Positions 12,080 through 23,096 of a DNA stretch of 24,517 nucleotides are shown piece after piece. The position numbers were made by a program, and so were the translations under genes. Origin of the DNA: Chiloscyllium plagiosum (Eukaryota); assembly GCF_004010195.1 (NCBI RefSeq), contig NC_057718.1, positions 55,813,096 through 55,837,612 of the forward strand, written 5' to 3'. Under the pieces are notes generated by a model, which did no database searches, was not told where the DNA came from, and saw only the letters and a program-made list of their open reading frames with translations. How positions within the stretch are numbered: position 1 is the first letter of the stretch; each line of letters begins with the position of its first letter.

Positions 12080-12636
12080 GTCATTGCGCTCCAAAGTGCA
12101 GCATTACAGTGAAGCATGTAATCTTCAATCCACTTAAGTGGATTGAAGATATTCCATGATGATGCAGAGAGATTGGCACACATTGGATGCTCGTGAATGT
12201 ACTACAGTGGCAAAAGGGGAACCAGAGTCCTGGTGCAGACAAGGGAAGCGAGTCCTGGTACAGCACAACTTACCTTGTTGCAGCTGAGTGCTGGTGAGGA
12301 GCGGATTGGAGGCTGGAGCAGAGCAGGATAGTTGTTGGACTTGTGCCTGCTGCCAGCAGTCAGACCATGTGCTAATCTCCTGCTATCTGAAATTTTTTAC
12401 TGGACTGTGATGTAAATCTTTTAACTTTGTTATAACTATCTTATTTCTAACTTAGTTTTTAAACACTAAGTAATGCTACTAGTTTTCCTTTTAATCCTCT
12501 TTTGTATCCAAGATTTCTACCCAGCTACTTGCACCTAAGATGGCGCCATTAAAGGCAGCTATTGTTAAAAAAAAAACTTTTCACTGTTCTCCTGAGTACA
12601 TGTGACAGTAAAGGATATTCTGTTCTATATTCTATT
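12080..12636 (+). repeat. Non-coding retroposon-like element with a Rex1-like 3' tail
   Basis: Ends in gagtacatgtgacagtaaa plus attct-like repeats, resembling the 3' end of the LINE at 4700-4740. 5' boundary uncertain. Confidence 0.45.
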
Positions 12637-13129
12637 GTATGTGATGTGCACTCAGCTGCTGCCTATGGAGCGTGCCCTGAGGCATTGGTGCCAGTGTCCA
12701 AAGTGGTGATCGGGATTACAAAGTGCTGATTTGGAGTTTGACTTTTATGTCTGGACTTCTCAGCATCTAGTTTCTATCCATTAGTGGCATAATAGTTACC
12801 TATGTATCAATAAGGCAAGATTCAGTGGTACCTTCTGCAATAATTAGCAATAATTTCTGTAAATAGGTCTCTTGTAACTGATTAGCTAGAATCTCATCTC
12901 AATGTCTAGAACTCAATTGGAAAATGCTACTTGTTGCTCCTAATATCGCTGGGCATCTCACATGATTCTCCCAGACTTCTCAACATATTCTATATTATTG
13001 AGGACCTGGTACAATTCCACCTAATATCACTGGTCCAAAGTGAAATCTTTTTTAACTTACTATTTGCCATATCTAACCAATACATCACAGACATCAATAG
13101 GAGCAGTAGATTGTTAACAGACAATCAAA

Positions 13130-13545
13130 ACAATGGAATGTAAGCCAGTGGAAGTTGTGATTAAACTGTGATCAACAATAACTAAGACAGAATGGAGCTA
13201 TGCAAGTGATGAAGCTTATGCAGAAAAGAGCCATGCATCTGGTCCTTAGTGTTGGCAGGGCTGAGCTATCTGGAAAAATGGGAGAAACTTGGGCATTTTA
13301 ATTTGGAAGGAGTCATCGAGGAGATAGAAGTATAGCAAATGGAATAGATAAGATGAATTCAAAATACTAATTAAACTAAGTAACAAGTCCAGAACAAGAG
13401 ATACAAGTTCAAACAACTGAAAGGTTATTTTAGAATGATACTGAGAATTCTACATATTCATTGTATGGGTAAGGTTACCATTTAGAGCAATAGAGGTAGA
13501 AAGCCTGGAATAAATTAAGAAGAACTAGGTGCTACATTTAGGAGA
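13130..13545 (+). mobile_element. Very old CR1 3' fragment
   Basis: Weak colinearity with the younger CR1 3' regions (ggaagttgtgattaaactg, gggctgagctat, ccagaacaagagataca). Confidence 0.4.
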
Positions 13546-14276
13546 CTTGTGCCTCCTCTTCTACAGTCCATACATTTGTCCAAATAACTTAATCTTAGGC
13601 TTCTAAAATATTAATCTTACTGTTGTAATATCTATCAATTTCTTAATAGATGCTATTATGAGCCCGAAACCCTAACTCTGACCACTTTTCCTATAAAACA
13701 CTTTGTAAATCTATAAAGATAGGCTTCTTGTTGTGTCACATTTGCTCTTTAAAACACTTATCTCTTACCCTCTTGTTCTTTTAGGTGTACATGAAAATAA
13801 TCTGAATGAAATAACTCCACAGGGACGCCTGTAAATCGTCACCAAGTCACCCATTATTTACATATGGAAAGTCCTTGATACTGATCCAGCGTCCACAGAC
13901 CCAGCTCTCAGATCCAGAAAGGTTTCATTTCTGGTGGTGACGGACCTTTGTTTTCCCCCATTACCACCAGCCATTTCAGTTTTGCCACAACCAGATCTTT
14001 CTGCGTCAAAGCCTGATATTTTGAGCTGTGACTGCAAGTGTGTCCAGAAAATTTAAAACCATTACAGATGGTTCCAGTGGCTGTACCACTGGTGGCGAAT
14101 CTGTCAGCAGGATGTGGCTCAGTGCATTCGCATTTGATACTTGGCCTCCTGGGCCATGTTCCAACTTGTAATTATTTGCACTTAGTATTAGAGCCCACTG
14201 CTGAATTTGGCTTGAAACTGTGGGTGGCACTGCCTTGTCCTGTTTAAATAGAACTAGCAGGGGTTTGAGATCTGTT

Positions 14277-14500
14277 AGGAGAAAGTGAGGACTGCAGATG
14301 CTGGAGATCAGAGCTGAAAATGTGTTGCTGAAAAAGCGCAGCAGGTCAGGCAGCATCCAAGGAGCAGGAGAATCGACATTTCGGGCATAAGCCCTTCTTC
14401 AGGAATTTCCTGAAGAAGGGCTCATACCCGAAACGTCAATTCTCCTGCTCCTTGGATGCTGCCTGACCTGCTGCGTTTTTCCAGCAACACATTTTCAGCT
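14277..14500. mobile_element. Short palindromic Penelope-like insert in the Gypsy RNase H
   Basis: Arms 14312-14405 and 14407-14500 around a single T. Imperfect TSD tttgagatctgtt / tttgagatgtt. Hammerhead-like motifs at 14375-14402 (-) and 14410-14437 (+). Confidence 0.85.
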
Positions 14501-14869
14501 TTGAGATGTTATTCTAAATTTGCACCCATAAAGGTATTGGTGGAATTTCCTGACTCCAAATATGACTCCAAATTTTCCTTCTCTATCTAGGCATATTGCC
14601 AAAGTTCTGAGTGCATATGCTTTTGGACATTCCTCTCCATTGGGCCACCCATGAGCTCATACAACTTCGATGCCATACAGGGAGGGATCGCATGTCAGTA
14701 CCAAATTTCACTTGAAACCTTAGTGTGCCAATACTTTAAAGCATGAAAGCTGTTTCTTCAATTCCCTGAAGACTATGGCTTGGCTGCACACCATTTCCAA
14801 GGCTGACCCTTTCTTCAAGAGTTGATGTAAAAGTGCCAGGGTGGAGGCCACGTTATGTATGAACGTTTT

Positions 14870-15734
14870 GGCACAGTGACTCAGTGGTTAACACTGCTGC
14901 CTCACAGTCCCAGGCACCTGGGTTCGATTCCTGCCTCGGGCAACTGTCTGTGTGGAGTTTGCACATTCTTCCTGTGTTTGCGTGGGTTTCCTCTGGGTGC
15001 TCCGCATGTTGTGGCTGTACAGGACATTGGTTAGGCCACTTTTGGAATATTGCATGCAATTCTGGTCTCCTTCCTATCAGAAAGATGTTGTGAAACTTGA
15101 AAGTGTTCAGAAAAGATTTACAAGGATGTTGCCAGGGTTGGAGGATCTGAGCTATAGGGAGAGGCTGAACAGGCTTGGGCTGTTTTCCCTGGAGCATCGG
15201 AGGCTGAGGGGTGACCTTATAGAGGTTTACAAAATTAAGAAGGGCATGGATAGAATAAATAGACAAAATCTTTTCCCTGGGGTGGGGGAGTTCCAGAACT
15301 AGAGGGCATAGGTCTAGGGTGAGAGGAGAAAGATATAAACGAGACCTCAGGGGCAAAGTTTTCACGCAGAGGGTGGTACGTGTATGGAATGAGCTGCCAG
15401 AGGATGCGGTGGAGGCTGGTACAATTGCAACATTTAAGAGGCATTTGGATGGGTATATGAATAGGAAGGGTTTGAAGGGATATGGGCCGGATGCTGGCAG
15501 GTAGAACTAGATAGGGTTGGGATATCTGGTCGGCGTGGACAGGTTGGACCGAAGGGTCTGTTTCCATGCTATACATCTCTATGACTCTATGTGCAGGTCA
15601 GGTGAATTGGCCATCGTGTCAGGTGCGTTAGTCAAGGTTAAATGGGGAATGGGCCTGGGTGGGTTATTGTTCGGAGAGTCGATGTGGACTTGTTGGGCCA
15701 AAGGGCCTGTTTCCATACTGTAGGAAATCTAATC
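14870..15734 (+). mobile_element. HE1-type SINE split by a CR1 insertion
   Basis: tRNA head with A box tgactcagtgg and B box ggttcgattcc at 14870-15004. Body and tail resume at 15591-15734, ending aatctaatc. Confidence 0.88.
15005..15590 (+). mobile_element. Young CR1 (HER1-type) LINE, 5'-truncated 3' end
   Basis: LYRTLVRPLLEYCMQFWSP...RLRGDLIEVYKI...FTQRVVRVWNELP and tail ctctatgactctat. Confidence 0.92.
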
Positions 15735-16112
15735 AAATTCACCAGCCCAAGAAAAGACCTAAGGTCTAATACAGACTTGGGAGCTGGGACATCTTTGATT
15801 GTCCTCACTTTATCTTCCAACAGGTGTAAACCGGTCTTGTCAACTCTGCAGCAAAAATAGATCACTCGAGGTGCCTGCAACACACATTTTTCCCTTCAAA
15901 GGCATACATGCGCCCAGATGAAACATCTAAGGACTATATTCGGATTCTCTTTAGAGCTACTTATTGGTCTTCTTTGCTATTAACACGTCATCTAGTTAAA
16001 TAGTGACTTCTTACAATATTCTCCATTGTCTGCTGAAAGGTTGCACAGGCTGACGATACCCCACATGGCAGTCTTGTATATTGGTGCAAACTCTTGTGGG
16101 TATTAATTGTAG

Positions 16113-16235
16113 GTAAAAGTGAGGACTGCAAATGCTTGAGATTGGAGTCGTGAGCGTGGTGCTGCAAAAGCACAGCAGGTCAGGCACCATCTGAGGAGCA
16201 GGAAAATTGATGTTTCGGGCAAAAGCCCTTCATCA
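16113..16235 (-). mobile_element. Single-arm Penelope-like insert (related subfamily) in the Gypsy RT
   Basis: TSD ggtattaattgtag at 16099-16112 and 16236-16249. Minus-strand CTGATGA-A-GGGC TTTT GCCC-GAAACATC at 16209-16236. Confidence 0.82.
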
Positions 16236-16746
16236 GGTATTAATTGTAGCACACTCATCCAACTGTATTTGCAAAAATGGTTCATGTGACGGACAGTTCT
16301 CTTGCTAGTTTTGCATATAAATCCTCTATGCGAGGCTTTGGATCTAATCTTTCTCAACCAATTTCACCCCATCAAGCTAGGTCCCAAGCCTTTTATGACA
16401 ATCAGTGGTAACTGAACCAGCTGCTTCTCATGACAGACCAGAACAGAAATTGTACCCTTAATCTGTAAAGTTTCTCCGGTATAGGTTCTCAAGGTAGCCA
16501 AAGTACTACTTAACCTTAAGAGTTGGAGTCCAGAGGGAACTTTGGTAAAACTGGTTCTGCAAACACTGAAACAGCCGCACTGGTATCGACCTCCATTGGA
16601 ACTGGGTGACCATTTCAGCATTCATTTATTTATTTTATCTGATTTGGATGTTGCTAAGCAATTAAACTATTCCAACCAGATGTAGGTGGACTTTCCAGGG
16701 TATGCACTCTCTTGGATACAAGCCCATCAGTTATGTTGGGCTTGTA

Positions 16747-17839
16747 TCATAGAGATGTTCAGCACAGAAACAGATCCTTCGGTCCAACCCGTCTATGTCA
16801 ACTTATCCTAAATAAATGTCCCATTTGACAGCATTTGCCCCATATCTCTCCTAACACTTCGTATTCATATACCCATCCAGATGCCTTTTCACTGTTTTAA
16901 TTGTATCAGCCTCCATCACTTCCTCTGGCAGTTCCTTCCATACATGCATCACCCTCTGCGTGAAAAAGTTGCTCCTTAGGTCCCTTTTAAATCTTTCCTC
17001 TCTCAGCTTAAACCTATGCCCTCTAGTTTTGGACTCCCCCACCCCAGGCAAAAGACCTTGTCTACTTACCCTATCCATGCCCCTCATGATTTTATAAACC
17101 TCTGTAAAGTCACCCCTCAGCTTCCGACACTCCCAGGGATAATAGCCCCAGCCTATTCAGCCTCCCCATAGAGCTCAAATCCTCCAAACCTGGTAACATC
17201 CTTGTAAATCTTTTCTGAACCCGTTAAAGTTTCACAACATCCTTCTGATAGGAAGGAGACCAGAATTGCACGCAATATTCCAAAAGTGGCCGAACCAACA
17301 TCCTGTACAGCCGCAATATGACCTCCCAACTCCTATACTCAGTGCTCTGACCAATAAAGAAAAGCATACCAAAGACCTTTTTCACTATCCTATCTACCTG
17401 CAACTCCACTTTCAAGGAGGTATGAACCTGCACTCCAAGGTCTCTTTGTTCAGCATCACTCACCAGGACTTTACCATTAAGTGTATAAAATCCTACCTTG
17501 ATTTGCCTTTCCAAAACGCAGCACCTCATATTTATTTAAACTAAACTCCATCTGCCATTCCTTGGCCCACTGGCCCATCTGATCAAGATCCTATTGTACT
17601 CTGAGGTAGCTTTCCTTGCTGTCCACTACACCTCCTATTTTGGTGTCATCTGTAAACTTACAAAACGTACCTCCTATGTTGACATCCAAATCATTTATAT
17701 TAGTGATGAAAAGCAGTGGACATAGCACCGATCCTTATGGCACACCATTGTTCACAGGCCTCCAGTCTGAAAAGTAACCCTCTACCACCATTCCCCCCCC
17801 CCCCCCTGTCTTCTACCTTAAAGCCAGTTCTGTACCCAA
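16747..17839 (-). mobile_element. Young CR1 (HER1-type) LINE, 5'-truncated
   Basis: ORFs 16851-17087 and 17224-17529 (QRDLGVQVH, RPLLEYCVQFWSP). Gypsy gag continues on both sides. Confidence 0.92.
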
Positions 17840-18989
17840 TTTTCCTACTCAATTTAAGTGTAGTGGAACTCTTTTGCTGCCTTAAGTCCACATAACAGCA
17901 GCAACTACAATGGTCTACCACCCCCTCAAAATTGTAACCATTTGGCTGAGGCTTGGCTTTCTTTTGTTATGTCCTGTGGATATGTCCTGAGTGAGACTGT
18001 GCAATCTTCACTCAAGTGGTGTCCCCAAGCTCAGTGAGGGTGATCACTTCCATCTCCTGCAACTCATATGCTCCAATTGCCGTATTCTCCAATGAAAAAG
18101 ACAGTTGTAGTACCTGTTTGAAGTCCAGTTGTGCTTCAGCTAGTAAATGCCTTTGTATATTTATATCATTAATCCCAAACACCAAACAGTCTCTCAGCAT
18201 CTCACTAAAGGTTAAACCAAATTCAAAAGCCTCTGCCAGTCGTCTCGACCTAGTCAAAAATCCCCAACTGATTGATCCCCATGGTTCTCAAATTACTGAC
18301 TAAAACCAATAGTGTCTTGAATTAGAGGAAACTTGACATTGTAATATTCCTTAACTAAATCCATCAACTCTTGCAAAGTTTCGGTATCTGATGCCTCAGG
18401 GAAGGTTAGGCTCCTAATAAATGAAAAAGCTGCAGATCCACAAGTTGTCAGGAGAATTGCTTTTCATTTACCCAATATCATTTGCCCAGAAAACATAATG
18501 ATTTCTTTCCACATGCTTGGCCCAGTCTTTGACAACAGGATCAAACGAGTCAAGCTTCCCAATTAACAGCATGATGCCAGAAATACTTACCCCAACTCAA
18601 AGATGACTGTTGTGAGCAGATTTCTTTAGGAGTGTGCTTTTTTCATTTGTCAGTGAAATAACTCCACAGAAGTCAGTATCCCATCACCAAGTCACCCTTT
18701 ATTGACATGTGGAAAGTCCTTGACACTGATCCAGCTTCCTCAGAGCCAGCTCTCAGCTTGAACCTCTGACACACATGTTTATATATGTCAGTTAGGGTTG
18801 CCAGATTGGACCAGATTAACAGCCCCAATCAGAGAATTCATATTCTGTGAGGTCCACCTGGCTGACCTCATTATAATTGTTACACTGTACTTTCATTATG
18901 GTGATAAGGTGCGACAAGATTGAACAAGCAGTGTAAGGAGGCAGCACAGAATCAGTAAGATCACTTATTAAACCAATCTCTCAATGTGA

Positions 18990-19424
<435 letters not shown>

Positions 19425-19519
19425 TAAACCCAACACAGGAGAGAGTGCCCCATATGTTTTAGTTTTGTGGTGTTGGGGAGGTGAACGGGTAAAACATAAA
19501 ACCAGAGTAGACAATTCTG

Positions 19520-19730
19520 TCCCTTGAGCCTGATCAACTATTTGGTACTGCCATGCCTGATCTCATCTCAATCTCAACTCTACTCCTACCTGCTCTCCAT
19601 AATCTCAACCCCTTATTAGATAAAAATCTAACTCCCCTTAAGTTTACTCAGTGTAGCATCTACCACATTCTGGGATAGTGAAATCTACAGATTCATAACT
19701 CTTTGAATGAAGTAATTTCTCTTCATGTCT
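19520..19730 (-). mobile_element. Old CR1 3'-end fragment
   Basis: cccttgagcctg...gcctgatct...tagtgaaatctacagattcataactctttgaatgaagtaatttc resembles the CR1 3' terminus (F..RV.NL.). Confidence 0.55.
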
Positions 19731-20092
19731 ATGCAGACTGATGTCAATTTATTAGTGCAAGCAGCACATGGTTTACTACCATATGTGTGGGGTTCTTCAG
19801 TGTTATCAAAGAAGAACTTTGCATGAATCATTCAAAATGCTGCCTGACCCAGTCATTTGATGTAAGTCTGCTTGTATTGTGACACACATGAGTTCCACCC
19901 CCACTCCCCATGTGTAATAAAGTTGAAAAGAAAGGTGAAATAAATGACCTGAGAAGATAAGAACTAAATTAATTTTTAAAGTTAGGAATGCAAATAATAT
20001 TGTTACATTTCAAGAAAAAATTATCCAAATGTCCTTATGCTCAATGTTTCTCAAATGAAGAAACTCAAAAAGAGACAAGTATATGATGCAGT

Positions 20093-20417
20093 TTGATTAG
20101 ATTAGATTCCCTACAGTATGGAAACAGGCCCTTTGGTCCAACGAGACCCTCCGAAGAGCAACCCACGCACACCCATTCCCCCACCCTGTATTTACCCCTA
20201 ACTAATGCACTTAACACTATGGGCAATTTAGCATGGCCAATTCACCTGACCTGCACATCTTTGGACTGTGGGAGGAAACTGGAGTACAGAAGAAACCCAC
20301 GCAGACACGGGGAGAATATACAAACTCTACACAGATAGTTACCCGAGGCAAGAATTGAATCCGGGTCCCTGGCGCTGTGAGGTAGCAGTGCGAACCACCG
20401 AGCCACCGTGCTGCCCC
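20093..20417 (-). mobile_element. HE1-type SINE, full length
   Basis: Minus-strand head ggcagcacggtggctcggtggtt, conserved core and (tctaa)n tail. Possible cagtt TSD. Confidence 0.9.
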
Positions 20418-20562
20418 AGTTATAGGATACATAGGAGACAGGGGAGTTCATTCCCAGTTTCAGGTCTCAACTCTACATTAAATGATAACATCCCCTACTA
20501 AATGAGAACATCTATAGCATGCTTATATTTCTGAAAATTTACTTATACATTTAATTTGTATA

Positions 20563-20781
20563 CAGTTCGTACTGCTATAATGTGTGTTTCTTAAAACACG
20601 CATTCGCTGTAATGCAATTTACGAATTGGGGACACTGTTTCTAAAACACAAACTTTTAAAGCGTGTATTGGTTATAACACGATTGCGGCCCCATTCGTTA
20701 AATAGTGCTGCTAGTGCACAATTTTCTTGTAACACGTTATTACATGAGATTGGAACTACTATATTATAGCAGAACTGACTA
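20563..20781. mobile_element. Tc1/mariner-pogo (Tigger-like) MITE
   Basis: 18-nt terminal inverted repeats (cagttcgtactgctataa / ttatagcagaactgacta, 14/18 match), TA on both sides and internal (ta)taacacg sub-repeats. Confidence 0.75.
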
Positions 20782-21172
20782 TATTTCTGAGTGACAAAAG
20801 CGGATTTGAACATTTCGTCCTGAATGATATATCATTCTATTTTAAGAAAATAGGATTTTACAAATAAATAAGTCATTTATAATTGACTCTCACTCCTTTC
20901 TTGGCAAAGAAGTCTTCATTTGCTATTCATTGTCATGACTAGACTCCAGCAAAGTGAGGTCAGATGAATTGACACCCCTTCTTTATTCACTCAAGCTGTA
21001 AGTTGGTTGCAACAAGGTTAATTTGAAAATGATACGTAACCTTGTGAAGGTCTTTCTCCTACACCAAATGAACTTACATTTTAAAGAGGAGGCAATTTAG
21101 CTAGAATTAACTAATTTCTTGAATTAACAAAAAGAGCAATTTTATTAATTAATAAATCTGAGAAGATTGGGA

Positions 21173-21198
21173 ACACAACACACACACACACACACACA
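21173..21198. repeat. (CA)n microsatellite
   Basis: cacaacacacacacacacacacaca. Confidence 0.9.
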
Positions 21199-21673
21199 TA
21201 GATTTAGAAAGAAGAGGTGAATACAAAAAGATTAAGTTTTAAAGAGGTTATACAGATCATTCTCTGAAATGTTCACAAAAGGCAGATCATTGAACATTGT
21301 GCTGCTGCAGTGGAATTTACCAAGAGTATTGATGTTAATCATTGAACAGTCAGTTCCACTATCTTCAGTTTTGTAACCTTGTTGAGATTTTCCAATTTTG
21401 TTTCCTTTTGACCATGATTGTCTTCCAGCATTCAGGGTGAGAGGTGGGCCTTTTGTTATCTTTCCTATTTAACTGGTTTTAGCACGCTGAGTCAGAGAAG
21501 CTTTACCTGCAACTTAAGTATAAAAAGGGCATACTTCTTCACAGCACACGAATGCTTGAAACCAGACTGGTTCAGTCCCACTAGTACACTCCTTTAGAGT
21601 TGAAACTGGCTTCTAAACCCCTGTCTTTGTGTATTATCCAAGGGAGAAACATAAAATGTTTCTGAAGTATGGG

Positions 21674-22768
21674 ATGGACGAGGCGTTCAACAAGGTTCCC
21701 CATGGGAAACTGATTAGCAAGGTTAGATCTCATGGAATACAGGGAGAACTAGCCATTTGGATAGAGAACTGGCTCAAAGGTAGAAGACAGAGGGTGGTGG
21801 TGGAGAGTTGTTTTTCATACTGGAGCCTGTGACCAGTGGAATGCCACAAGGATTGGTGCTGGGTCCACTACTTTTCATTAATTATATTAATGATTTGGAT
21901 GTGAGCGTAAGAGGTATTGTTACTAATTTTTCAAATGACACCAAAATTGGAGGTGTAGTGGACAGCGAAGAAGGTTACCTCAGATTACAACGGGATCTTG
22001 ATCAGATGGGCCAATGGGCTGAGAAGTGCCGATGGAGTTTAATTTAGATAAATGTGAGGTGCTGCATTTTGGGATAGCAAATCTTAGCAGGACTTCTACA
22101 CTTAATGGTAAGATTCTAGGGAGTGTTACTGAACAAAGAGACCTTTCCTTTATTGGTGAGAGTATTGAGTACTGGAGTTGGGAAGTCATGTTGCGGCTGT
22201 ACAGACATTGGTTAGGCCACTGTTGGAATATTGCATGCACTTCTGGTCTCCTCCCTATCAGAAAGATGTGAAACTTGAAAGGGTTCAGAAAAGATTTACA
22301 AGGATGTTGCCACGGTTGGAGGATCTGAGCTACAGGGAGAGGCTGAACAGGCTGGGGCTGTTTTCCCTGGAGCGTCGGAGGCTGAGGGGTGACCTTATAG
22401 AGGTTTACAAAATTATGAGGGGCATTGATAGGATAAATAGACAAAATCTTTTCCATGGGGACGGGGAGTCCAGAACTAGAGGGCATAGGTTTAGGGTGAG
22501 AGTGGAAAGATACAAAAGAGACCTGATGGGCAACGTTTTCATACAGAGGGTGGTACGTGTTTGGAATGAGCTACCAGAGGATGTGGTGGAGGCTGGTACA
22601 ATTGCAACGTTTAAGAGGCATTTGGATGGGTATATGAATAGGAAGGGTTTGGAGGGATATAGGCCGGGTGCTGGCAGGTGGAACTAGATTGGGTTGGAAT
22701 ATCTGGTTGGCATGGACGGGTTGGACCGAAGGGCCTGTTTCCATGCTGTCCATCAATATGATTCTATG
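21674..22768 (+). mobile_element. Young CR1 (HER1-type) LINE, RT to 3' end, frameshifted
   Basis: AFNKVPHGKL, PQGLVLGPLLFINYINDLD, FSNDTKIGG and RLRGDLIEVYKIMRG, with tail atatgattctatg. Internal deletion near 22145. Confidence 0.93.
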
Positions 22769-23096
22769 TAATCCATAGTGGGTAGCCTGCTGTTGACCTG
22801 GGAGTCATTAACCCCTTGTTACTCTTTTGAGTCACAAGAAATCCCAGTCCAGTCTGTCTGAAGTTTCTTTGACACTTTAGGTGTTATATTCCATTAATAT
22901 CTCAGCCACTTAATTTATGTCCACAGCCACTTTTGACTATATCAGTACTCTTTTAAAAAACATATTTTTGAATTACAAATTAAGGATGGTCACAGTACTT
23001 CAGGATTCTGACCTGTGATCATAAATGAACTATCCCCAGTCTGTCAACAAAATGTCATACCTGTACTTCGATTGTTATTCTTATTTTGTTTTTTCA

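Larger units (their letters stand above)
13807..18884 (-). mobile_element. Ty3/Gypsy LTR retrotransposon, copy B (decayed gag-protease-RT-RNase H; integrase deleted) carrying five nested inserts
   Basis: 5' LTR 18654-18884 (TG..CA), partial 3' LTR 13807-13911, flanks ctgaa/ctgta. Peptides: gag (EMLRDCLVFGIND), protease (LRTYTGETLQIKG...GPSLMG), RT (TINTHKSLHQYTRLPCGVSSA; *LDD; LRSFLGLVN), RNase H (QYLYGCKF..TDLKPLL; QQWALILSANNYKLEH). Confidence 0.88.
20931..23025. mobile_element. Probable solo LTR split by a CR1; right boundary uncertain
   Basis: Starts TGTCATGAC and has a tttatt plus (CA)n layout like the other LTR-like blocks. Resumes after 22768. Confidence 0.35.

Noticed and set aside
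14006..14356. 116-aa ORF
   Set aside because: Chimera of the PLE arm and Gypsy RNase H remnant.
14870..14935. tRNA-like sequence (also near 3340-3387, 20345-20417 and 24035-24101)
   Set aside because: SINE heads continuous with SINE bodies, with no complete cloverleaf.
17793..17806. Poly-C run inside CR1
   Set aside because: Simple homopolymer expansion with no functional support.
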